Assembly: GCA_963763775.1 (NCBI GenBank)
Contig: CAVXPZ010000004.1
Span: 512,001-576,000 of the forward strand
Source of the DNA: an uncultured Chloroflexia bacterium
GTDB lineage: Bacteria > Chloroflexota > Limnocylindria > Limnocylindrales > CSP1-4
DNA: 64,000 nt
Reading direction: 5' to 3'
Below, one piece after another: positions 40,945-50,217 of this stretch (positions within the stretch are counted from its first letter, which is position 1; every line of letters starts with the position of its first letter). The notes under the pieces are model-generated. The model was not told the DNA's origin and searched no databases. It was given only the letters and a program-made list of their open reading frames with translations. Both the position numbers and the translations under genes were made by a program.

Positions 40945-42073
40945 GGTAGGGTTCGGATCGACGTCCCGAGGATCGGACCACGCGGCTACGGGCGGAGGGC
41001 GACGAGCCGCGTGACAGCGAACTCGAGCCGGCAACCCTGACTGGCGATCGGCTTGCCGTCCATCTCGGTCCGCGTACACGCCGCCGCGGCCGGATGATCA
41101 AAGACCCCCGTGACTTCGACGATCCCCCCGACGGGAAGTACGTCAGGGTGTTGACCCGCCGGGTCCAGATTGAGACCGAACCAATCGGCCATGTCAGGCG
41201 GTACGCGAGTCACACCCGGTTCGACGAGCAGGTCAGGGTTGTTGTTCAGGTGGAACCACTCCGGCGTGTACCAGGCTCCGTCGATGTCGCAAGCGCACCA
41301 GATCAGGCGGGCCTGGACCGTGATCGGCACCCGCTGAAAACACGCCAACCCGACGCCGTCCGGCAGGGCCAACAGGGAACGGAAGTCCGTTGGGAGTGGT
41401 GGACAGTCGAAGGCACCCGCCGCCACCCACGGCTCGCCGTCGCGGCTGGCGCCCGCGACCCAGCCGCTCGGCAAGGCTCGCGAACTGAGCTGGGCGACGT
41501 CATACCAGTCGTAACCGGAGGCCGACACCGGACCGTCGAGCACGTACAGCGCGGTCCCGCGTGGCAGGAGGGGTTCGTACTTATACGAGTCCTCGCTGAT
41601 CCGGGGCATCGAGCGGACTCGAAGATCGTCGACGACCGTCACCGCCACCGCGTCCACGGTGACGTCGCTCGCCACCTGGGTCGGCGGCGGGCTCACGGGC
41701 ACCGAAGGAGCTGGCGTGGGAGGTCGCCCCGTCGCCGGCGAGGGATCGCTGGCGAACGTCGGTTCCTGGGACGACGGCGCCGAAGTCGTCGGTGCCAGTG
41801 AGACGACCGAGCTGCTGCAGCCCGCCATCACGAGGACGAAGCTCAGTAGTGCGCTGATGGGGCGGTGATTCATGCCTCGCATCGTGTCGTCCTGGTCGAG
41901 CCGAGGGGCCTACGTGCACGTGAGACGTGACAGGCGGATCGATGTTACGGCCGGCACCGCGACACCAGCGTTGGCAGGTTCGTTCCACCAGGGATCGCGA
42001 GATCGAGACGCGGCGCCAGCCTCGCGGCATAAGTCGCAGATAAGCGCTCACGGGTAGGGTTCGGATCGACGTC
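40945..42073. mobile_element. About 1.11-kb accessory segment bounded by exact 21-bp direct repeats
   Basis: GGTAGGGTTCGGATCGACGTC at 40945-40965 and 42053-42073. Confidence 0.65.
40986..41873 (-). CDS. Hypothetical lipoprotein with SH3-like segment
   Basis: Lipobox MAGC; LRVRSMP...LYVLDGPVSASGYDWY...GWVA; more A/T-ending codons than its neighbours. Confidence 0.7.
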   Translation of the reverse strand: MNHRPISALLSFVLVMAGCSSSVVSLAPTTSAPSSQEPTFASDPSPATGRPPTPAPSVPVSPPPTQVASDVTVDAVAVTVVDDLRVRSMPRISEDSYKYEPLLPRGTALYVLDGPVSASGYDWYDVAQLSSRALPSGWVAGASRDGEPWVAAGAFDCPPLPTDFRSLLALPDGVGLACFQRVPITVQARLIWCACDIDGAWYTPEWFHLNNNPDLLVEPGVTRVPPDMADWFGLNLDPAGQHPDVLPVGGIVEVTGVFDHPAAAACTRTEMDGKPIASQGCRLEFAVTRLVALRP

Positions 42074-42164
42074 TCGCCGCGTCGGTAGTGCCCCCAACGT
42101 GGCGAGACGTCGCGTCGTCCCGAAGACGATCGGCGTCGCCCTCTAACCGCCGGGAAGGACGACC

Positions 42165-42903
42165 GTGGACCCGAACCCGATGCCGTGGCGGGCGATCGAG
42201 GCGACGAGCGCGGGCGCCGATGCCGCACCGGTCGAGGGATCGCCCCGGCGCCCGAGCCGGCTGGCGATCGCGGCCACAGGCTTGGCCGGCGTCATCGTCG
42301 CCGCGACGTTCCTCGTGGCTTGGGGGTCGGGCGGGAGCGGCGCGGTCGAGGTCGAAGGTGGCGGGGCCATCGCCGACGCGTCGACCGTTGACCCGGGCCG
42401 GAGTCCGGTCGTGTCGAGCGCCGGCGTCAACGCGGACGCGCCGGCGGAGCTCGTCATCGAGATCGTCGGCGCGGTGACGCGGCCCGGCGTCTACCACCTG
42501 CCCGCCGGGTCGCGGGTCGGCGACCTCGTGGACGCCGCCGGAGGCTACGGGCCGCGGGTGGACGCGGAACGCACGTCGCATGACCTGAACCTCGCCGCGC
42601 GCCTCTCGGACGGCGACCAGGTCCGCGTGCCGTCCCGCGACGACCCGCCGCCGGGAGATCCGACATCCGGGACCCAGCCGCCGAGCGGCACGACGGATGC
42701 CGGCAGCCGCGACGATCGTCGACCTCAACCACGCGACGAGCGCTGCGCTCGAGGCGCTGCCCGGGATCGGGCCGGCGACAGCGGCCAAGATCATCGCGGC
42801 CCGCGAGACGACGCCGTTCGCGACGGTCGATGACCTGCGCACACGGAAGCTCGTCGGGGCCAAGACGTTCGACGGTCTCCGGGAGCTCGTCACGGTCCGC
42901 TGA
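42165..42903 (+). CDS. comEA: Competence protein ComEA (frameshift near 42700)
   Basis: SLBB domain [19 protein letters not shown]...NLAARLSDG; HhH VDLNHAT...LPGIGPATA. Confidence 0.9.
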
Positions 42904-42904
42904 G

Positions 42905-45487
42905 GTGCCCCGGAGCGGCTGGCTGGCAGCCGGGGCGATCGCCGCCGCGTGGACGATCGCCGCGCTCGGGTTCGGCGCCGGCGTCGTCGCGGCCATCGTG
43001 CCCGGTGCCGTCGCGTTCGGGCTGTGGGCGATCGGACGACGGCCCGCCGCACGACGAGCCGCGGTCGTCGTTGCGTTCGGCGCGGGCCTCGTCCTCGTCC
43101 GGGCCTGGGCCTGGCCGACCACGGTCCCGCCGGGCACCCTTCCGGACGGCGACGGGCCGTGGCGGTTCGTGGTGGAGGCCGTCGGGTCTCCCCGGGACGG
43201 CAAGGCGACGGCCACCTTGCGGCTCGTGGACGGCGACTCCACGGCGAACGGGATCCGCGTCGCGGCGACGCTGCCCCTGTTCCCGGAGTTCGGACCGGGC
43301 GATCTCGTGGCCGCTGGCGGACGCATCCAGGGGCGACCCGACTCCCCGTTCGGGCAGTATCTCGAGCGTATCGGTGCCGCGGGAACGTTCACGGCTCGCA
43401 CGATGACCGTCGACCCGGCGCCACCGAGCCCGGCCACGGCGGTGGAGCACCTTCGTCAGGGCGCGGCGGCTGCCCTGGCCGCTGTGCTCCCCGAGCCCGA
43501 AGCCGGCCTTGCCGCCGGCATCCTCATCGGTCTGCGCGACCGGGTCGACCGCGATCTCGCCGCCGCGTTCACCACGGCCGGCGTCAGTCATGTCGTCGCG
43601 ATCTCGGGCTGGAACATCGCGATCGTGGCCGCCGCGATGGCCGCCGCCTTCGGTCGGCTGCGTCGTCGTCGTCGCTCGATCGCCACGATGGCCGCGATCG
43701 TCGCCTACGTGGCGTTCGCCGGTGCCTCCCCGTCGGTCGTCCGAGCCGGTGCCATGGCCGGAGTCGTCCTGCTGGCGCGCGAGTCTGGTCGCGCTGGCCG
43801 TGCGGCGGCAGCGCTCGGGTGGGCGGCCGCACTGTTGCTCCTCGCCGATCCCGGGCTGGTCCAGGACGCCGGTTTCCAGCTCTCGTCGCTCGCCACGGCC
43901 GGCCTGATCGCGTGGGCGACGCCGATCACCGCGTGGATCGAGCGGCTCGGTCGCGGTCATGCGCCTGGCTGGCTGGCCGAGAGCCTCGGAGTCTCGCTGG
44001 CGGCCCAGGCGGCGACCCTGCCGGTGATCCTCGTCTCGTTCGGACGGCTCGCGATCCTCTCGCCGGTCGTGAACCTGGCCGTCGTGCCTCTCGTGGCGCC
44101 GGCCATGGCCGCCGGACTCGTGGCGATGGCCGGTGGCGCGCTCGTGCTGGCGGGTGCCCCGAGTGCCGTCGGATCGATCCTGGCGGTCCCAGGCTGGGTC
44201 GCGCTCCGGATCATGGTCACGCTGGTCGAGGCCGCCGCCGCGGTGCCGTTCGCGAGTGTCACGCTCCCCGCACCCGCAGCGACGCTCGCGGCCGCCGCGA
44301 GCGCGGTGACGGTGGGCGCCTTCGAGGTCCGCCGGCGCAGCGTCGACAAGACTCGAACCTCGACGCCCGCTGTACCCGCCGCGCCGCCGGCGATGCCGCC
44401 GGCTTCGCCCAGGGCTCCTCGGACCGGGCGGCGAACATCGCGCCGCGCTCGATCCACGACCTGGTCGGTGTCGCTCCTGATCGTGACGATCGCCGCCGCC
44501 GGCGCCGTCACCGCCAGTCGGTCGCCAGGTGTGGCTCGCGTGACCGTCCTCGATGTCGGACAAGGCGATGCGATCCTTGTCGAGGGCGATCGCGGCGGCC
44601 GGCTCCTGATCGACGGCGGCCCCGACCCGGGGCGGCTCATGGTGGTGCTCGACGGCCGGATCCCACCCTGGGACCGTCGCATCGACGCGGTGATCCTGAG
44701 CCATCCGCATGAGGACCACGTCGCCGGCCTGGCGCGTCTCCTGGCCCGCTACCGCGTGGGGCGTGTGTTCGAGCCGGGCATGCGCGGTCCCGGTCCCGGC
44801 TACGGCGAGTGGCAACGGCGGCTCACGACCGCCGGCGCCCCAGCGCGCCTGGGCCTCGCCGCCGGTGACCGCCTGCGCGTCGACGACATCGACCTGCGCG
44901 TGCTCTGGCCGATCCGCGGCCGCGTCCCGACGGAGCCGCCCGACGGCGGCACCGGGATCAACAACGTCTCGATCGTGCTGTTGGGGACCGTCGGGTCGTT
45001 CCGGTTCCTGCTCGCCGGGGACGTCGAGGAGGCCATCGACCCATCGCTCCTGGCCGACCACCTTCCACGCCTGGACCTCCTCAAGGTCGCCCACCACGGC
45101 AGTCGGACCGCGACGACCCAGGCGTTCGTCGACGCGGTGCGGCCGCGCGTCGCGATCGCGTCCGCCGGGACCGGCAACCCGTACGGCCATCCGGCTCGGG
45201 CGACGCTCGACCGGCTCGCCGCGGCCGGCGCCCGGGTCTTCCGGACGGACCTGGACGGCAGCGTCGCGGTGACCTTCACGAGCGGCGGCCTGGAGGTGGT
45301 CGCATCCGGCGGCCGTCCCGCGGCGTCGCTCCTGAAGCCAGCGGCCGTCGCGCTCGCGGCGGCCTTCCGATGCTCGATCCCGAGCGCGGCGCTCGTCCCG
45401 GAACGCGAGCCGCCACCGACGCCCGTCGCGCCGCTGGCCGTCCGACGGGGCGAGACATCGATCGGTCGGCTACCATCGAAGCGATGA
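42905..45487 (+). CDS. comEC: Competence protein ComEC/Rec2
   Basis: GVSHVVAISGWN, SPSVVRA, GFQLS, LDVGQGD, SHPHEDH, KVAHHGS, NPYGHP. Confidence 0.93.
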   Translation: MPRSGWLAAGAIAAAWTIAALGFGAGVVAAIVPGAVAFGLWAIGRRPAARRAAVVVAFGAGLVLVRAWAWPTTVPPGTLPDGDGPWRFVVEAVGSPRDGKATATLRLVDGDSTANGIRVAATLPLFPEFGPGDLVAAGGRIQGRPDSPFGQYLERIGAAGTFTARTMTVDPAPPSPATAVEHLRQGAAAALAAVLPEPEAGLAAGILIGLRDRVDRDLAAAFTTAGVSHVVAISGWNIAIVAAAMAAAFGRLRRRRRSIATMAAIVAYVAFAGASPSVVRAGAMAGVVLLARESGRAGRAAAALGWAAALLLLADPGLVQDAGFQLSSLATAGLIAWATPITAWIERLGRGHAPGWLAESLGVSLAAQAATLPVILVSFGRLAILSPVVNLAVVPLVAPAMAAGLVAMAGGALVLAGAPSAVGSILAVPGWVALRIMVTLVEAAAAVPFASVTLPAPAATLAAAASAVTVGAFEVRRRSVDKTRTSTPAVPAAPPAMPPASPRAPRTGRRTSRRARSTTWSVSLLIVTIAAAGAVTASRSPGVARVTVLDVGQGDAILVEGDRGGRLLIDGGPDPGRLMVVLDGRIPPWDRRIDAVILSHPHEDHVAGLARLLARYRVGRVFEPGMRGPGPGYGEWQRRLTTAGAPARLGLAAGDRLRVDDIDLRVLWPIRGRVPTEPPDGGTGINNVSIVLLGTVGSFRFLLAGDVEEAIDPSLLADHLPRLDLLKVAHHGSRTATTQAFVDAVRPRVAIASAGTGNPYGHPARATLDRLAAAGARVFRTDLDGSVAVTFTSGGLEVVASGGRPAASLLKPAAVALAAAFRCSIPSAALVPEREPPPTPVAPLAVRRGETSIGRLPSKR

Positions 45488-46131
45488 CGGTCCCGACGCG
45501 GGTCGACGCGGCCTCCCTCCTGCTCTCCCTCGATCCCCCGGCCTGGCACGTGCGGCATTCGCGCGCCGTCGCGGAGGTCGCGGCCTTCCTCGCGGCACGG
45601 ATCGCGGCGAGCGGCGTGGCCGTGGATCGCCAGCTCGTCGAGACCGCCGCCCTGCTCCACGATGTCGACAAGGTCATCCCCGCGGACGACCCGGCTCGCG
45701 GGCTCCCCCACGGCGAGGGCTCGGCCGCATGGCTGACCCGTCAGGGCCATCCCGAGCTGGCTCGAGCCGTCGCCAACCACCCCGTCACCCGGTTACTGGA
45801 CGGCGACCACTACCGACGATGGGCGGCGTTCGCCAGCCGCGAGGAGCGGATCGTGGCCTACGCCGACAAACGAGCGGGACAGCGACTCGAGTCGCTGGCC
45901 GCGCGGTTCGTCTCCTGGCGTCGCCGCTACCCGCCGGTCGACACCGGCGACGACCGTCGCGTGGCGGGGCTCAGCGAGGCCGACCTGCGGACCGTCCGGT
46001 CGCGCGCCGAGCGGCTCGAGGCCGACGTCTGCCGCGCCGCGGGGATCACGCCGGCCGACGTGCGCCGCCTCGACTGGACGTCCGCGGCGTTCCGTGCCGC
46101 GCGAGCGCGAGCCCGTGGGGCCGCCGCATGA
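45484..46131 (+). CDS. HD domain protein
   Basis: RHSRAV, ALLHDVDK, HG, VAYADKR. Confidence 0.85.
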   Translation: MTVPTRVDAASLLLSLDPPAWHVRHSRAVAEVAAFLAARIAASGVAVDRQLVETAALLHDVDKVIPADDPARGLPHGEGSAAWLTRQGHPELARAVANHPVTRLLDGDHYRRWAAFASREERIVAYADKRAGQRLESLAARFVSWRRRYPPVDTGDDRRVAGLSEADLRTVRSRAERLEADVCRAAGITPADVRRLDWTSAAFRAARARARGAAA

Positions 46132-47186
46132 CGACCTCCCCGCTCGCCTACGTCTGGGGCGACGACGACTTCGCGATGGGCCGCCACATCGACCGGCTGG
46201 CCGCGGCCCTCGCCGAAGAAGGCGGGTCGCCTCTCGAGCGCTGGGACCTGCGCGGTCAGCGCAACGGCGTCGACGCGCTGCTGGGCCAGCTCCAGGAGCG
46301 GACCGCGACGCCGGTGATGTTCGGCGGGGGCACCCTTGCCGTGGTGTCGAACGTCGGCGCACTCATGCAGAGCAACGACGGCCGCGACGCGGTCCTCGGC
46401 GCGATCGCGACGCTGGCACCCGGCAACGCCCTCGTCTTCCTCGACGTGACCAAGTCCGGCATGCGCGGGCCGAGCAAGGTCGTGGTCTCCAAGGCCGTCG
46501 CGGAAGCCGGCGGGGTCGTCCGCGAGATGCCCTCGCCCAAGGCCGACACCCTCGCCGGCTGGATCGCGCGTGAGGCCCAGGACCGCGGCATCGCGTTGGC
46601 ACCGGGCGCCGCCAAGGAGTTGGCGACGCGGCTCGGGGGGTTCGTCCAGCAGAACGACGTCGAGCGGCCGTTCCTCACGCGGACCGCGTCGTCGGAACTG
46701 GACAAGCTCGCCCTCTACCGGGGGTCGGCGACCGTGACCGTCGAGGACGTCCAGGCCCTGGTCGCCGAGGCGATGCCGGGCACGGTCTGGGGGTTCGTGG
46801 ACGCGGTGGGCGAGCGCAAGGTGGCGGCCGCCGCGTCGCTCCTCGACGACCTCATCGAGACGACCCCGGAGCCCGTGCTCCTGGTGATGCTCCACCGGCG
46901 CGTCCGGCAACTGATCGAGATCATCGATCGCATGGCGGCCCGCGAGTCGCTGCCGGCGATCGCCAAGGCGCTCGGCATGAAGTCGGACTACCAGGTCCGG
47001 ACGTACGCGGCGCAGGCTCGCAACTGGACGGTCGACGAGCTCGCCGACGCGCTGCACGGCCTCCTCGAACTCGATGCGATGGTCAAGCACGCGCCGGGCT
47101 GGGACGCCGACGAGTATCAGCGCCGGTTGGCGTTCACGCTGTGGGTGATGGACCACGTGCCGCGTCGCGAGCGGCGATCGGCCTGA
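46128..47186 (+). CDS. holA: DNA polymerase III delta subunit
   Basis: YVWGDD, PVMFGG, SELDKLALY, WGFVDAV; lies downstream of comEC. Confidence 0.85.
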   Translation: MTTSPLAYVWGDDDFAMGRHIDRLAAALAEEGGSPLERWDLRGQRNGVDALLGQLQERTATPVMFGGGTLAVVSNVGALMQSNDGRDAVLGAIATLAPGNALVFLDVTKSGMRGPSKVVVSKAVAEAGGVVREMPSPKADTLAGWIAREAQDRGIALAPGAAKELATRLGGFVQQNDVERPFLTRTASSELDKLALYRGSATVTVEDVQALVAEAMPGTVWGFVDAVGERKVAAAASLLDDLIETTPEPVLLVMLHRRVRQLIEIIDRMAARESLPAIAKALGMKSDYQVRTYAAQARNWTVDELADALHGLLELDAMVKHAPGWDADEYQRRLAFTLWVMDHVPRRERRSA

Positions 47187-47205
47187 CAGGGCCGGGACCG
47201 ACGGA

Positions 47206-47460
47206 TCAGTCGGCCGCGGACCAGGCCTGTTCCTGGACGACGAGGTCGCTCTCGATCGCGAAGACGCAGCGGCCTTCGCCCAGATCGAGCAGCTCGATCA
47301 AGTCCGGATCGATGTAGAGCTGCGAGCAGTCCTCGCACAGGCCGCCGGGGATGCCGAAGCACAGGCGCTCGCTCCGGTCGGGCAACCGGAACGTCGTGTC
47401 GAACCGGGTCGTGATGAGCCGGCGACCACAGGCGGGGCAACGATCTCGCAAAGGCGACAT
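47206..47460 (-). CDS. YgiT-type zinc-finger protein
   Basis: CPACG...IPGGLCEDCSQLY; TAGCAT 6 nt upstream of ATG. Confidence 0.7.
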   Translation of the reverse strand: MSPLRDRCPACGRRLITTRFDTTFRLPDRSERLCFGIPGGLCEDCSQLYIDPDLIELLDLGEGRCVFAIESDLVVQEQAWSAAD

Positions 47461-47513
47461 GCGCCGATGCTAGGTACGCCTCACGAGGGACGGCATGACC
47501 CGACGGTACCGGG

Positions 47514-47532
47514 TGCCGGGTGGTACCCGGCA
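47514..47532 (-). terminator. Hairpin after rsfS
   Basis: TGCCGGGT-ggt-ACCCGGCA. Confidence 0.45.
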
Positions 47533-47539
47533 TGGCGTG

Positions 47540-48178
47540 CTACTGGACGCGGAGGACGGTTCGTGCCTCGGACCAGTGCTTCTCGAGCCCGTAGTAGTCG
47601 CGCTCGGGTGGCGTGAAGATGTGGACGACGACCGACCCGAAGTCGACGAGCACCCAGTGCGAGGCCGGCGTGCCTTCTCGCCCGATCGGCTTGGTCTTCT
47701 CGTCGCGCAGCGGTCCGACGATCCCATCCGCGATGGCATCGAGCTGCCGCTCCGACCCACCCGAGCAGATGACGAAATAGTCGGCGAGGGTCGTGAGGGC
47801 CGTCAGGTCGAGCAGGACGATGTCGGCGGCCTTCTTGTCCTCGGCGAGGTCGACGATGCGGCGAGCCAGCTCGAGCGGCGGCCACTCGGAGCGCGGCGCG
47901 GGAGTCTCGCGGCGCGGCAGACCGTCGGCGCTGGGCACGGGCGCCGGGGCGACGGCCCGGACCTTCGCCTTCGCTGGGGCCTTCGCGGGCACCGCGGTCT
48001 TGGCCTTCGGCGACTTGGCCTTGGGCGCGGCGGCGGCCTTCGGCTTGGCGGTGGCTGTGCTCGCGGCGGCGGTCCGCTTCGCAGGCGTCGCCGGCGTCGT
48101 CGCCGGCGCCTCGACAGCGGGCGACGCGCCGGCCGGAGCCTTGCGGGTCCGCTTCGTCGATGGCGCGGGTTCGGTCAC
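47540..48178 (-). CDS. rsfS: Ribosome silencing factor RsfS with Ala/Lys/Pro-rich N-terminal extension
   Basis: DKKAADIVLLDL, ADYFVICSG, WVLVDFGSVVVHIF...RDYYGLEKHW. Confidence 0.93.
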   Translation of the reverse strand: MTEPAPSTKRTRKAPAGASPAVEAPATTPATPAKRTAAASTATAKPKAAAAPKAKSPKAKTAVPAKAPAKAKVRAVAPAPVPSADGLPRRETPAPRSEWPPLELARRIVDLAEDKKAADIVLLDLTALTTLADYFVICSGGSERQLDAIADGIVGPLRDEKTKPIGREGTPASHWVLVDFGSVVVHIFTPPERDYYGLEKHWSEARTVLRVQ

Positions 48179-48867
48179 GATCGGTCATCCCTCCTGGTGG
48201 ATCGATAGAGGCCATGGTCGCCGATATAGGCGGCGACCGCATCCGGCACGAGATATCGCAGCGACCGACCGCCCGCGGCGCGGGCCCGCAGGTCGGACGC
48301 GGACATGCGGAGCCGCGGGCCGTCGAGGAACACCACGTGCGCCTGGATCCCCGGGAACCGCTGCTCGAGGAAGTCCGGTCCCGCGTCCGGGAAGCCGTCG
48401 CGCGGCGCCACGACGAACCGCGCCAGGCCGAGGACGCGCTGCGGCTGGTGCCACGTCGGCAGCTCGACGAACGCCTCCGCGGACAGGATGAGGGTCAAGT
48501 CGGCGTTCGTGGCCGCGAGGGCCTCCAGCGTATCGACCGTGTACGACGGCCCGGCGCGGTCGAGCTCGATCCGGCTCGTGGCGAAGGCCGGGTTGCCGGC
48601 GATCGCGAGCTCGACCATCGCGAGCCGGTGGTCCCTGGCCGTGATGGGTCGCCCGGGCTTGTGGGGCGGCTCCCCCGCCGGGATGAACAGCACGCGCTCG
48701 AGGCCGAGTGCGTCGCGTGCCGCCTCGGCGACCGCGAGGTGGGCGAGATGGATCGGATCGAACGTGCCACCGAAGACGCCGATGCTCCCGGCCACGACCG
48801 GCGCCGGTCCGGCGGCCTCGGCCGCGGCACGACTCGGCACGGGGCCGCCGCCCGGACCCGTCGTCAT
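48175..48867 (-). CDS. nadD: Nicotinate-nucleotide adenylyltransferase
   Basis: GGTFDPIHLAH, PPHK, SYTVDTL, MSASDLR. Confidence 0.95.
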   Translation of the reverse strand: MTTGPGGGPVPSRAAAEAAGPAPVVAGSIGVFGGTFDPIHLAHLAVAEAARDALGLERVLFIPAGEPPHKPGRPITARDHRLAMVELAIAGNPAFATSRIELDRAGPSYTVDTLEALAATNADLTLILSAEAFVELPTWHQPQRVLGLARFVVAPRDGFPDAGPDFLEQRFPGIQAHVVFLDGPRLRMSASDLRARAAGGRSLRYLVPDAVAAYIGDHGLYRSTRRDDRS

Positions 48868-50159
48868 CGGCCCTCCCAGAGCTCGGGCTCCCACTCCAGT
48901 TCCTGGCCGCCGATGCGCACGAGGTCGCCCGGCACGATCCCCGCGCGCCGCAGTTCGGCGTCGATGCCCAGCCGCGCGAGGTCGCGCTGGAACCGCTCGG
49001 CCGACTCCTCGACGTCGAAGTTGGTCTGGGCGGCGATCCGTTCGATCCGGGTGCCGCGGACGCGGAAGATGCCGTCCTCCACGGCCTCGACGACGAAGCC
49101 GTCGCCCATGGCCTCGATGCGGTGGATGACGACGCCGGTCGGCTCGGGCAGCTCGGCGAGCTCCTCGGCATCGGGGAGGAGCTCGGCGAGGGCGGCTCGC
49201 AGGGCGTCGAGCCCGTCGCCATCAGCGGCAGACACCGCGATGACCTGGAGGCCATCCTTCTCCCGGGCGGCCCGGAACGCCGGCCAGGCGTCGCGCGCCG
49301 CCGGCAGGTCCATCTTGTTGAAGACGGTCAGCATCGGCTTGTCGAGGAGCGCGGGGTCGTGCGCCCGCAGCTCCTCGCGGATGACGTCGTGGTCCCACTC
49401 GGGATCCCGCGACGCGCCATCGATGATGTGGACCAGGATCCGCGTCCGCTCGACGTGCCGCAGGAAGGCATGGCCGAGACCCGCCCCGGAGCTCGCGCCC
49501 TCGATGAGGCCCGGGACATCCGCGATCGTGGGTCGGCGCTCGTCCTCGTCGCCGAGCTCCATGACGCCGAGGTTCGGCTCGAGCGTCGTGAACGGGTAGT
49601 CGGCGATCTTCGGCTGGGCGGCGGTCAACGCCGCGAGCAGCGTGGACTTGCCGGCGTTCGGCAACCCGACCAGCCCGATGTCCGCGATCAGCCGGAGCTC
49701 CAGGCGGAACTGCGCGTCGGCGCCGGGCTCGCCTTTCTGGGCGTGCTTGGGCGCCTGGTGCGTCGAGGTCTTGAAGTGCGTGTTCCCGAGACCGCCGCGG
49801 CCCCCGCGTGCGACCATCGCCCGCTGCCCGACCGCGACGAGGTCCGCGACGAGTTCGCCGCTCGTGTCGTCGTAGACCGCCGTCCCCGGCGGCACCGTCA
49901 GGACGAGATCGTCGCCGGCCTTCCCGTGACGGCGCGAGCCCTCGCCGCGTCCGCCCGAGGTCGCCTTGAAGTGCCGCTTGACGACGAAGTCGCGCAGGGT
50001 CGTCTGACCGGCGTCCACCGCGAGGTAGATCGAGCCGCCGCGACCGCCGTCACCGCCGTCCGGGCCGCCGCGCGGGACGTGCGCTTCCCGCCGGAAGGTC
50101 GCGGCTCCGTCGCCGCCGTCGCCGGCGCGGACCCAGATCTTCACGCGGTCGAGGAACAT
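48864..50159 (-). CDS. obgE: GTPase ObgE
   Basis: FRREAHVPRGGPDGGDGG, GLPNAGKST, YPFTTL, DVPGLIEGAS, NKMD. Confidence 0.97.
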   Translation of the reverse strand: MFLDRVKIWVRAGDGGDGAATFRREAHVPRGGPDGGDGGRGGSIYLAVDAGQTTLRDFVVKRHFKATSGGRGEGSRRHGKAGDDLVLTVPPGTAVYDDTSGELVADLVAVGQRAMVARGGRGGLGNTHFKTSTHQAPKHAQKGEPGADAQFRLELRLIADIGLVGLPNAGKSTLLAALTAAQPKIADYPFTTLEPNLGVMELGDEDERRPTIADVPGLIEGASSGAGLGHAFLRHVERTRILVHIIDGASRDPEWDHDVIREELRAHDPALLDKPMLTVFNKMDLPAARDAWPAFRAAREKDGLQVIAVSAADGDGLDALRAALAELLPDAEELAELPEPTGVVIHRIEAMGDGFVVEAVEDGIFRVRGTRIERIAAQTNFDVEESAERFQRDLARLGIDAELRRAGIVPGDLVRIGGQELEWEPELWEGR

Positions 50160-50217
50160 CGTGGCCATCCTCGCACGGTCCGCCGGGTCGTGCCCGGCGG
50201 CCGCCGATCGGTGTGGA

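Noticed and set aside
16586-42073. Classical integron cassettes or IS elements as the explanation for the repeat-bounded segments
   Set aside because: There are no attC-type GTTRRRY/RYYYAAC ends, no terminal inverted repeats, and no integrase or transposase in the window.
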